NCBI GenBank assembly: GCA_038740615.1
Contig: JAVYLQ010000009.1
Span: forward strand, 1-18,417
Origin: Candidatus Anstonellales archaeon
GTDB taxonomy: Archaea > Micrarchaeota > Micrarchaeia > Anstonellales > J096
Direction of reading: 5' to 3'
Length of the DNA stretch: 18,417 nt
The notes below the pieces were generated by a model that saw only the letters and a list, made by a program, of their open reading frames with translations, ran no database searches and had not been told where the DNA came from. Each line of letters begins with the position of its first letter. The stretch's first letter is position 1. The translations under genes were made by a program, and so were the position numbers. Below, piece after piece: positions 1-8,107 of this stretch.

Positions 1-79
1 CTGATGCTGCTCTATCCTGATCAAACATACTGTAGATTTCAGGATTGCCGAATATTGAAGTATCAACCACTATTCTCAT
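1..79 (-). CDS. Probable RNA-free (protein-only) RNase P, HARP / PIN-domain family; N-terminal 26 aa only, runs off the window
   Basis: Manual translation from ATG at 79 gives MRIVVDTSIFGNPEIYSMFDQDRAAS..., resembling the recalled HARP N-terminus (MRFVLDTSIFVNP..). SD-like AGGTG (87-91) lies 7 nt upstream. Overlaps the end of the DHH gene by 17 bp. Not in the ORF track. Confidence 0.7.
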   Translation of the reverse strand, partial: MRIVVDTSIFGNPEIYSMFDQDRAAS

Positions 80-1298
80 TATTCAACACCTGTCGTATAG
101 TTTCAATAATTTTTGATTCTATCATCTTCCTATTTGCACCATGAAACTTAAATGATGCTGCTCTTAAATGACCTCCCCCTACTATAAACTCCTTTACGCT
201 ATTCATAATCTTATGAGTATCTATACCTTTAGCAAATGCCCCGTCCCCTATTCTGATAGTATATCTATTATTATTGTATACTAAAATTACACTATTCTCA
301 CCAACTATGTCCAATATATATGATGCAATTTTACCTGTACTTTGGAATTCAATTCTCCTTATAATTTTCTCCGCATCTATGAAGTATACTTTCACACCTT
401 TTATTATCATGTAATATGATTCCCTTATTAGATCTCCTATCTCCCCATACTTCTCTTTGGCAGAGTTCATATATTCTTGATAGAGATTTGGATTTGTCAT
501 AACTTGATATATGAAATTGAAATCATTTGTATAGCTAGTTAAGAAATCAACTATCATAGATTTCAGTCTTAATTCTTCAGTGTGTTGAATCAGAGGGCTC
601 TTATCACCAACCAAACCAATATACATAAACTCATCATGTTCATATCCGAGTATTCTAGCTATCTCATTTGTTAGATAGGTTGCTGTGTATTTGCCCGAAC
701 TATCATATTCCCAAGATATCAAATAATGTTCTGGATCTGGATTGTGAAAGGGATGGTGATCTATAACAACGTAATCTATACCATGTACTTTGAATAGATT
801 TAGTGCTTGTTGGCTCTCTGAATTCCCCCCCAAATCAGATAGTATCATAACTGGATTGTTCTTATTCATGAGGAGTGATATATCGCTTATTGCATCTTTA
901 AGCTGATATGTGGGAGTAGGATAGATTATCTTCATACTCCAAGGAAAGATTCTATTTAAACCAACTGCAGCTCCAAATCCATCAGCATCGTTATGACTTC
1001 TGATAAGTACGAATCTGTTCTCTAACTTGTATTTGAGTAATTTTTTAGCAAATTTTAGCATATGATTTCGCAACCCATCTGGAATCTCAAAGAGTGGTTG
1101 CCAGGATCCAAAATCCACCCGTTCTACAAATTCGTCTCTAGTCATATCTAGTTTCTGTGCCTGAATATGCCCATTATTTAAAACAATATCATAAACACCT
1201 GGTTCTAACTGTAAATTCCTATCTATAACTAGATCCCCTCTATTACTTAAATAGAAGTATTGCTTGGCATCATTGTATCTATATAGATAGGCTAACAT
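63..1298 (-). CDS. Archaeal RecJ-like DHH/DHHA1 phosphoesterase (exonuclease)
   Basis: Motifs IRSHNDADG (I), ILSDLGG (II), VVIDHH (III), GLVGDKS (IV) and DHHA1 GGGHLRAASF. ATG at 1298 is preferred over TTG 1304 because it forms a TGATG overlap with the upstream stop. Confidence 0.88.
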   Translation of the reverse strand: MLAYLYRYNDAKQYFYLSNRGDLVIDRNLQLEPGVYDIVLNNGHIQAQKLDMTRDEFVERVDFGSWQPLFEIPDGLRNHMLKFAKKLLKYKLENRFVLIRSHNDADGFGAAVGLNRIFPWSMKIIYPTPTYQLKDAISDISLLMNKNNPVMILSDLGGNSESQQALNLFKVHGIDYVVIDHHPFHNPDPEHYLISWEYDSSGKYTATYLTNEIARILGYEHDEFMYIGLVGDKSPLIQHTEELRLKSMIVDFLTSYTNDFNFIYQVMTNPNLYQEYMNSAKEKYGEIGDLIRESYYMIIKGVKVYFIDAEKIIRRIEFQSTGKIASYILDIVGENSVILVYNNNRYTIRIGDGAFAKGIDTHKIMNSVKEFIVGGGHLRAASFKFHGANRKMIESKIIETIRQVLNNENSG

Positions 1299-2059
1299 CA
1301 GCAATCAAACTCAAAGATTTTTGGATCATAACTCAGGCCCTGACATTCTTGCTTTATTACTCTATATTGAATATCTCTTATATCAATATATCTAGTAGGA
1401 TTTTGCAGATTGTTTATATTTTGAATTGTCATTGTTGTTCTATTACAATAGCTCATATCCATATATCTAGTTGTCCAGCTTATCTCATATTGATCTGTTG
1501 AGCCAGCTATAGGTTTGTATTTGTTGATTATATAAACATATATATCTTCACCAGTCTCCGGATTCTTAAAACCTCCGTATGATAAATCCACCCTATACAG
1601 AGATCCTGATTTGTAGAATTTGAAATCATATGTAAATCTATTTCCCATGTTTTCAAACTCTATGATCAGATGACATACGAAATTATCATCTAATTCATTC
1701 TTGAAATTTATCTCAGGAGTTTCATTAACATTATCCACCCCAGGATTATCGTCAATAACGAAATTATCATCTAATTCATTCTTGAAATTTATCTCAGGAG
1801 TTTCATTAATATTATCCAGCTCAGGATTATCGTCAATATCGTTCATAGATTCTGGACTTATTCTACTACTCTGATCAGCAGTTTGATCAAAAGCCATTAA
1901 TTGCCCATCATTTAAATTACTATCTGTCTGAATATTATTATTAGAAATTGGTTTTACAGCTGATGTATTCTGCATTTCTACTGTGTCTGTAGATTTGCTC
2001 TCATTCTGAAGACACCCCACTAGTAAAAGAATCGAGAGCAATACAAGTATATTTACCAT
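1298..2059 (-). CDS. Putative lipoprotein with acidic/Asn-rich linker, 2x27-aa repeat and beta-rich C-terminal domain
   Basis: Signal peptide plus lipobox MVNILVLLSILLLVG-C, a low-complexity N/D/E linker, and a C-terminal region with 4 Cys and alternating beta-strand patterns. Confidence 0.8.
   Translation of the reverse strand: MVNILVLLSILLLVGCLQNESKSTDTVEMQNTSAVKPISNNNIQTDSNLNDGQLMAFDQTADQSSRISPESMNDIDDNPELDNINETPEINFKNELDDNFVIDDNPGVDNVNETPEINFKNELDDNFVCHLIIEFENMGNRFTYDFKFYKSGSLYRVDLSYGGFKNPETGEDIYVYIINKYKPIAGSTDQYEISWTTRYMDMSYCNRTTMTIQNINNLQNPTRYIDIRDIQYRVIKQECQGLSYDPKIFEFDC
1677..1838. repeat. Tandem direct repeat, 2 x 81 bp (1677-1757, 1758-1838), 78/81 identical, in frame
   Basis: acgaaattatcatctaattcattcttgaaatttatctcaggagtttcattaa[c/t]attatcca[ccc/gct]caggattatcgtcaata occurs twice; encodes IDDNP(EL/GV)DN(I/V)NETPEINFKNELDDNFV. 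Confidence 0.97.
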
Positions 2060-2110
2060 AAATTTTCATATGAAATAAGTTTTAAATTAATATCATAGTC
2101 TCTTAAATAC
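2060..2110. promoter_or_regulatory. Divergent promoter with shared TATA-like TTTAAA (2081-2086) and 12-bp palindrome TTTCATATGAAA (2064-2075)
   Basis: 51-bp intergenic region between divergent ATGs (2059 and 2111). TTTAAA begins 30 bp before the cutA ATG and, on the minus strand, 27 bp before the lipoprotein ATG. Confidence 0.6.
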
Positions 2111-2395
2111 ATGTATATCATATTCACCACTACTAAAAAACCTAAAGAGATAGCTAGGAAGCTAATTGTAAATAAATACGCCGCATGTGTATCCTATTAT
2201 AAGTTAAACTCTGTCTATTATTGGGATGGTAAGCTAGTAGAGGATATTGAATATAATCTTGTTATAAAGACTAGAAGGGTCAAGAGAACTGTAAACTATC
2301 TTAAACAGATTCACGATTATAAATTACCAGAAATATTGTATTTTAGAGTGAATGCCTCAAAAGAATACCGGAAATGGGTAGATGAGAATTCATGA
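2111..2395 (+). CDS. cutA: Divalent-cation tolerance protein CutA
   Basis: 94 aa with IARKLI..KYAACV, SVYYWDGKLVEDIE, LVIKT, HDYKLPEIL and EYRKWV: the CutA1 signature along its full length. Confidence 0.93.
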   Translation: MYIIFTTTKKPKEIARKLIVNKYAACVSYYKLNSVYYWDGKLVEDIEYNLVIKTRRVKRTVNYLKQIHDYKLPEILYFRVNASKEYRKWVDENS

Positions 2396-3276
2396 CTACT
2401 TTCAAGGAAATATTAAATGCATACAAAAAGGAAGGTAAATCTACGGAGTATGTTATTGAAAAGTTGCTGAAGAATTCTGATAAATACGAGATATATCTAT
2501 CAAAACATGAACAGATACTGAACCTGCAGAACAATCTGCCAAACATCATATCATCAAGAAAGAATCTGAATAGTTACTTAAGATCTCTCAGCTTTGAGGA
2601 TATGATAAAGATTACTCATTATCTAGGGTTGAAACACAATGTCAGATTTTATAGATTGAATCATTACAACGATTTTGTTCTTGAGGGGTTTGGTCTGCTG
2701 AAGATTAGAGACAATAACTTGATTAATTTTCATAGAGCTATCGATAGAATAGCTAGACACGAGGACTTTGAACCTCCAGAAATAGATAGTATAGGCAAAC
2801 ATAATTCCCTGTTCTATCATGCAATCAAATATGGAAATATGTATGTATTGGATAGATTGATAGCTAGGGAGAACAATTACTATCATCATGGATTGAGTAT
2901 GAACTATTACCTTTGGGAACATGGTCTGTTGGATAGATTTATGGATTCACTAAAATTTCAGAGTGTATACTCACCCCAGTTCTCATACGTAAATGATGAA
3001 ACATATAGTATAATTCATGTAATCTGTTTAGATGATATTCTTTACCTAGATATAGATAGATTACTTATTAACAGGATCTCTCAAGATTATCTCCATAGAT
3101 TCATAAGATTTTCACCATCAGAGATACTGAAAAGAGATAGAGATCTACTCATAGATGCTATTGAGCGAATCAAATTGTTAGTAGTAATGGGGAGTGAAGA
3201 TGGATTTCAAATATATAAAAACATTCTAAGTTATTCATCATCTCTGGAGTTGGATCAGAAAGTGTTTGAATTCTAA
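2392..3276 (+). CDS. Hypothetical soluble protein (294 aa)
   Basis: Long ORF with ATGA overlap to cutA (translational coupling); no recognisable family motif. Confidence 0.7.
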   Translation: MTTFKEILNAYKKEGKSTEYVIEKLLKNSDKYEIYLSKHEQILNLQNNLPNIISSRKNLNSYLRSLSFEDMIKITHYLGLKHNVRFYRLNHYNDFVLEGFGLLKIRDNNLINFHRAIDRIARHEDFEPPEIDSIGKHNSLFYHAIKYGNMYVLDRLIARENNYYHHGLSMNYYLWEHGLLDRFMDSLKFQSVYSPQFSYVNDETYSIIHVICLDDILYLDIDRLLINRISQDYLHRFIRFSPSEILKRDRDLLIDAIERIKLLVVMGSEDGFQIYKNILSYSSSLELDQKVFEF

Positions 3277-5927
3277 GATCTCTCAAAACTCTCTTTGAAC
3301 TGTTTGTATTTCTGGATCAGTAGAGGATTGAGAGATGGTTTGGAATTCTGAACTATCTTAATAATGTCCTTAACATCAATAGACCTTCCTTCCAGTTCAG
3401 CTCTCAGCATTTCTCTCTTGATATTTTCAGCTAAATTTACAAGATCAGCATGCGTATACCCAACAGTATAATCCACTATGATCTTTATAAGATTCTGATC
3501 TAAGAACTTTGATAGATGCCTCATGAGTAATTCATATCTTACATCTGAATTTGGTAAGTCTATGTACATTATTTTGTCTATCCTCCCAGGTCTCAACAGA
3601 GCTGGATCTAGAAGCTCAGGATGATTAGTGGTTGCCATGAAATACACCCCTTTTCTATCGCCTAATCCGTCTAATTCCTGTAGCAATTGACCTAGGAGAG
3701 GATTACTACCTGCTCTAGATTGTGCAATAGTATCGATCTCATCAATAACAATTATGGATGGGGCTCTCTCTCGAGCTAGATTGAATATCTCCTTGATCTT
3801 AGCTACTCCTCTATCATACCCCTCTTTTAGGATATCTGAACCTGATATCTGTATGAATGGTAGCTTGAATTCTCCGGCCGTGGCCTTGAGGAAATAGGTT
3901 TTCCCAGTTCCAGGAGGCCCAAATAGTAATATTCCTCTAGCTGGTTTCAGACCATATTTTTCAAAAATCTCTGGATTCTTCAGAGATTGTTCTATATAAA
4001 GCTTCATCTCATTCTTAAGCTCTTCCATATCAACAACATCAGCATAACCTATCTTTGGAACATTGCTATCATCATCTCCCCTACCAGATCTTCTCTCAAA
4101 TTCTAATTTAAACTTCTCATAGATCTCTAGAAGTGATATGGATATTGACGGCTTTATAGTTTTCATAGCCTCTAAGATATCGATTGTAGATATCTTGATC
4201 AGTCTATTTTCCCGAGCAGCTCTAGCAGCCACTCTTCTATTAACTTCCTGTATGAGATTTGCTATATCTGCACCACTGTATCTCTCCATTAGCTGTGCAA
4301 GCTTGTCATAATCAATATTATTCTCATGGGGTAAATTCCTCAGATAATATTTCAATATACTCTTCCTCTCATCCTTGTTAGGTGGTCTCATATAGATTAT
4401 CTTATCAACTCTTCCAGGTCTCATCAGAGCAGGATCAAGTAAGTGGGGGACATTTGTAGCGCCTACAAATATTATAGGCTTATTATCTTTAACACCATCC
4501 AACTCCTGTAATAGAATTGTTAGCACTCTGGCAGTAGGATCATCTGAGCCATATTTATCTCTGCGTTTAGCTATAAGATCGATTTCATCAAAGAATAATA
4601 TAACTGGGGCTTTCTTTCTAGCATACTCAAACAATTTACTCAAATTTCTCTCAGTCTCCCCATAGAATTTACTTAGCATATCTGAAGTTTTAACATATAG
4701 CACAGGATAATCAAGCTCTTTTGCCAGTGCATTTATCAATAGTGTCTTTCCAGTTCCAGGAGGTCCAAATAGTAATATTCCTCTAGCCGGTTTTATATTA
4801 TATGCATACTTCAGCTCAGAGCTTTTAAGAGGGGTTATTATTGCAGTCTTTAATTCTTCTTTTACATCTTCATACCCAGCAACATCTTCAAATCCCTGAA
4901 CATTAGCACTACTTAGCTCTATGACAAAAGGCATATCCTTTACACTACTCTGTTTCCTTATTTCTCTCTCCTTAGAGAATCTTATTCCAGCGAGGTTTAC
5001 TATATATATAGCTATAACAGATAATACTGGAAATATATATACCCCTGGGTGAACATTGAGATTGTATGATGGATAGATCCATAGAGAATATATAGGTATT
5101 AAAAGTAGTATGGGTAATGCTGTGAGTGCCTCACTAGGAATGTTTTTCACATATATCAAACCAGTAAGATAAGTAGGTATAAACAGAACAAGTGTCCATA
5201 TTAAGATATATGCTAATAGAAAATCTTCAAATAAACCTTTAGTAATATTACCTATCATCATATACACATTCTTACCAAATTCTAGATGACCTTTTGGATC
5301 TCTAATGTTACTCAGTATCTCAGGTATTCCTTCTGCGAAGAATTCGACCACTCCAAGCTTAGTCCTATACCTATCTTCCCCGAATGTAAAATAATCAATA
5401 GTATCTGATTTTATAAAGAAAGTAGAGTTAATATCTAGTACAGTTATGAATGAGAAGATTATAATTACAGATACAATAGCTAGTAATGTAGCTACTCTAG
5501 AACCAATAGTATATGCAGATAGTAAATATGCCAATACAATTATTCCATCTAATGTCTTCAGAGGATATTGTAACAGTGGTAAGAATAGAATCATGAATGT
5601 TAAGAACACTGCATTAGTATTCTCCCATAGAAAAAATATCATTATAGATAATAATAATAGCCCATAATTCCCGAGAGTAGTACCTATATAATATAGTCCC
5701 AATACTGCTAGGAGGGCTGCTGTTAATATCCCTAATCGAAATTTCGAATATGCTAGATAGGCAGGTATCAGAGATATGAAAGGTGCTAAAACATAAGGAT
5801 ATGGGGGGAGAGCTAAAGTAATAATCAATGATGCCAAGTATACTAGAAACGCTCTATTGTATTTTTCCTCTTTTACAATCAGATTTATTTTAGATTTTAC
5901 AACTACATCAACTGTTGATAATGACAT
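3273..5927 (-). CDS. Membrane-anchored type II (double) AAA ATPase, Cdc48/VCP-related with a polytopic N-terminal membrane domain
   Basis: About 315-aa hydrophobic N-terminus with roughly ten TM-like stretches. Two Walker A ([13 protein letters not shown]), Walker B (FFDEID, VIDEID) and SRH ([24 protein letters not shown]) motifs. ATG 5927 is preferred to TTG 5930. Confidence 0.92.
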   Translation of the reverse strand: MSLSTVDVVVKSKINLIVKEEKYNRAFLVYLASLIITLALPPYPYVLAPFISLIPAYLAYSKFRLGILTAALLAVLGLYYIGTTLGNYGLLLLSIMIFFLWENTNAVFLTFMILFLPLLQYPLKTLDGIIVLAYLLSAYTIGSRVATLLAIVSVIIIFSFITVLDINSTFFIKSDTIDYFTFGEDRYRTKLGVVEFFAEGIPEILSNIRDPKGHLEFGKNVYMMIGNITKGLFEDFLLAYILIWTLVLFIPTYLTGLIYVKNIPSEALTALPILLLIPIYSLWIYPSYNLNVHPGVYIFPVLSVIAIYIVNLAGIRFSKEREIRKQSSVKDMPFVIELSSANVQGFEDVAGYEDVKEELKTAIITPLKSSELKYAYNIKPARGILLFGPPGTGKTLLINALAKELDYPVLYVKTSDMLSKFYGETERNLSKLFEYARKKAPVILFFDEIDLIAKRRDKYGSDDPTARVLTILLQELDGVKDNKPIIFVGATNVPHLLDPALMRPGRVDKIIYMRPPNKDERKSILKYYLRNLPHENNIDYDKLAQLMERYSGADIANLIQEVNRRVAARAARENRLIKISTIDILEAMKTIKPSISISLLEIYEKFKLEFERRSGRGDDDSNVPKIGYADVVDMEELKNEMKLYIEQSLKNPEIFEKYGLKPARGILLFGPPGTGKTYFLKATAGEFKLPFIQISGSDILKEGYDRGVAKIKEIFNLARERAPSIIVIDEIDTIAQSRAGSNPLLGQLLQELDGLGDRKGVYFMATTNHPELLDPALLRPGRIDKIMYIDLPNSDVRYELLMRHLSKFLDQNLIKIIVDYTVGYTHADLVNLAENIKREMLRAELEGRSIDVKDIIKIVQNSKPSLNPLLIQKYKQFKESFERS

Positions 5928-5949
5928 CAATAAAAAATATGAATATAAT

Positions 5950-5957
5950 TATTTAAA
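5950..5957 (-). promoter_or_regulatory. TATA-like box (TTTAAATA) for the AAA ATPase gene
   Basis: Starts 30 bp upstream of ATG 5927 in the short intergenic gap; same spacing as other promoters in the window. Confidence 0.55.
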
Positions 5958-5964
5958 TCCTAAA

Positions 5965-6816
5965 CTAATCACGTTCGTATTCATATCTTGGAGTAATACT
6001 ATTATATTTAACAACCAATCTGTTAAATATCTCTTCCCTCTGCTTAACATCAGTCCGATTACCAACAATATCCTTATATAACTCATTTATGAATTCTTGC
6101 CAATTCTTGATGCTATCTAGAAAGTGCAACCATGATAGAACAACCGAAGATGGAATTTCCAGATCATATATAAGCTTTTCCAAATCCCCAATCAGCTTAT
6201 CAGTTCTTAGATTTCTAACCTGACCTGCAGCAACAAATACTTTTAATCTATCATTAACATCTATATCACGTACTAGCTCTCTGAAAGTTCTATTATTTAG
6301 AAATTCCTCAAGCTTCTTATAATCAAGATATGTGAGTGATATTAAATAAGATACATGATCTTTGGTTAAGTATTTTTTCAACTTACCATAGAGTAATTCA
6401 AAATCTTCTATCTTTCTCATACCTTCCAATGTCGTAACTTTTAACCCATATTTAATTACAGCCTCTAATGAGTTCAAATCTTTATCATCTCTTACCATCT
6501 TTAGATACCAATCTAATCTATCTGCCTGTTCAATGTTATTTTTATATAGATTTACAAGAAAACGAATGTTATTTATCTTACTAGATGGATTTAAATTAGC
6601 TTTTATTCTATCAATTATATCCTTACTTTTCTCTAACTCTGAGATAAACTCGGGATATTCTTTAATCGTATAGGCTATTGCTGGCAATAGTTTCCATCCT
6701 GAGAAATCGTATTTATCTAATCTCATCTTATTAACAATACTCATAGGATCTACTCCAAGTTCTTTTACTTGATTAGCGATACTCCTATGGAAACCAGATT
6801 CAGGGATTGCTTCCAT
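5965..6816 (-). CDS. Hypothetical soluble, probably alpha-helical protein (283 aa)
   Basis: Long ORF filling the gap between neighbours, own TATA-like box upstream, L/K/D/E/I-rich, no motif recognised. Confidence 0.72.
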   Translation of the reverse strand: MEAIPESGFHRSIANQVKELGVDPMSIVNKMRLDKYDFSGWKLLPAIAYTIKEYPEFISELEKSKDIIDRIKANLNPSSKINNIRFLVNLYKNNIEQADRLDWYLKMVRDDKDLNSLEAVIKYGLKVTTLEGMRKIEDFELLYGKLKKYLTKDHVSYLISLTYLDYKKLEEFLNNRTFRELVRDIDVNDRLKVFVAAGQVRNLRTDKLIGDLEKLIYDLEIPSSVVLSWLHFLDSIKNWQEFINELYKDIVGNRTDVKQREEIFNRLVVKYNSITPRYEYERD

Positions 6817-6837
6817 GTTTATTTATTTAGAAAATGC

Positions 6838-6845
6838 TTTAAAAA
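6838..6845 (-). promoter_or_regulatory. TATA-like box (TTTTTAAA)
   Basis: TTTAAA core starts 27 bp upstream of ATG 6816. Confidence 0.45.
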
Positions 6846-8054
6846 TTAGCTTTTAACATACACCGTTCTATCTTTGATATTAACTACATTATCATATTTC
6901 AAATCTAATGTCTCTTTGTAATCTGTTTCTACGATAATTCTATCCTCATCTAATCTCTTAATAGTACCGAAGTTTATTCTGGATTCACTATCAATAACTC
7001 TATACCCAATTGGATTTGATAGATATATATACACCATTTTGAGGTTATCTATGTAATTCATTATCATGATGGTGAGAACTGTAGAAATTATAGAGTATAA
7101 TATTACAGTATCAAATCTTATAAGAAATATGGTACCAGTAATGAAATTTATACCTATTATAAGATTAATAAGAATAAATCCTAATATTAGGAATGCTTTA
7201 GCGCTATTCAATCTTTTGAGATAACTATCGCCAAATACCGCATTCAATCCGTAGAGCAAAGCTAGATAGAGTATAATTGGATATATCGCTAGTTCGATAC
7301 CTCTGAATAGACTATACAGCCATTCTTCCCCGGAATTAATTAATCTAATATATAGCTCATAACCTACTACACCTGATATGGAGGCTATGATAATTCCAGA
7401 TCCTATTATAATAAAATTATATTTTCTAATTTCGAATATATTCAACAGATCATACACTCTCTGATGTATGTTAAATCCGTACATTATCATAATGAAACCT
7501 ATTATAAACAGTATCGTAGAAGTGGGTATATTTAGTAAGATCATAGAGGATATGAAAAATAGGAGAAGACCAGGAATACCAAAGATCAATCTGGAGTAGT
7601 ACGGATCTTTGAGCTTATTTACTATAAACATATATGCATTCTCTATTTTTGAAGATTGTTTTATATTCAATCTGACTATTTGAATTATTTTGATTTTTCT
7701 AGATCCTAGTATAGGGATTACATCATTCTCATCAGATAGACCATCAGTTACTAGAATTGCACTGTCCAATCCATATTTATTTATTATCAGATCTAGAGAT
7801 TCATTAATTTTCTTGTAAGCATAATATCCCATTCTACTATCCCCTGTGAGTATGATTATATTCTTATTCTTTTCCTCTAGATCTTCATAGATTTGTATTG
7901 CTTTGAAGATTGTATTACCATCGGGATCTTCGGGATCTGCCAGCAATAATTGATATGCAGCAGCCTTGCAATTCTCTAGACCAATCACAGGACCAGGGAT
8001 CTTAGCCTTTTTCCCCAAATCGTCATCTATATCTATTACTATCACTCCCAACAT
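6846..8054 (-). CDS. DUF373-family membrane protein with C-terminal PRC-barrel-like domain
   Basis: N-terminus VIDIDDDLGKKAKIPGPVIGLENCKAAAYQLLLADPEDPDGNTIF and ILVTDG..DE..IPIL match the DUF373 pattern, followed by several TM helices and a tail PIGYRVIDSESRINFGTI..IIVE..YDNVVNIKDRTVYVK. ATG at 8054. Confidence 0.85.
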   Translation of the reverse strand: MLGVIVIDIDDDLGKKAKIPGPVIGLENCKAAAYQLLLADPEDPDGNTIFKAIQIYEDLEEKNKNIIILTGDSRMGYYAYKKINESLDLIINKYGLDSAILVTDGLSDENDVIPILGSRKIKIIQIVRLNIKQSSKIENAYMFIVNKLKDPYYSRLIFGIPGLLLFFISSMILLNIPTSTILFIIGFIMIMYGFNIHQRVYDLLNIFEIRKYNFIIIGSGIIIASISGVVGYELYIRLINSGEEWLYSLFRGIELAIYPIILYLALLYGLNAVFGDSYLKRLNSAKAFLILGFILINLIIGINFITGTIFLIRFDTVILYSIISTVLTIMIMNYIDNLKMVYIYLSNPIGYRVIDSESRINFGTIKRLDEDRIIVETDYKETLDLKYDNVVNIKDRTVYVKS

Positions 8055-8107
8055 CAAATAATATTGAGTTATAACTCTTTTAAATAGTTTCCTACTATAA
8101 CAAATCT
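8055..8107. promoter_or_regulatory. Divergent promoter with shared TTTAAA (8079-8084) and 12-bp palindrome GAGTTATAACTC (8066-8077)
   Basis: TTTAAA begins 29 bp before the argS ATG (8108) and 30 bp before the DUF373 ATG (8054) on the opposite strand. Confidence 0.62.

Noticed and set aside
1677..1838. 81-bp repeat as CRISPR array or DGR template/variable repeat pair
   Set aside because: Only two directly abutting in-frame copies, no spacers, one of three mismatches is not at an adenine, and no cas or reverse transcriptase gene in the window.
2343..2922. Minus-strand ORFs 2343..2549 and 2623..2922
   Set aside because: Antisense shadows of cutA and the 294-aa gene; no motifs or promoter context.
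3273..5927. Calling the AAA protein FtsH, or the CedB/VirB4 motor of the membrane operon
   Set aside because: No HExxH protease domain and two AAA modules, so not FtsH. It is a classic AAA-clade ATPase rather than HerA/VirB4-type, and it is separated from the operon by unrelated genes.
5446..6081. Plus-strand ORFs 5446..5667 and 5857..6081
   Set aside because: Antisense to the AAA gene and the 283-aa gene; composition typical of reverse-frame artefacts.
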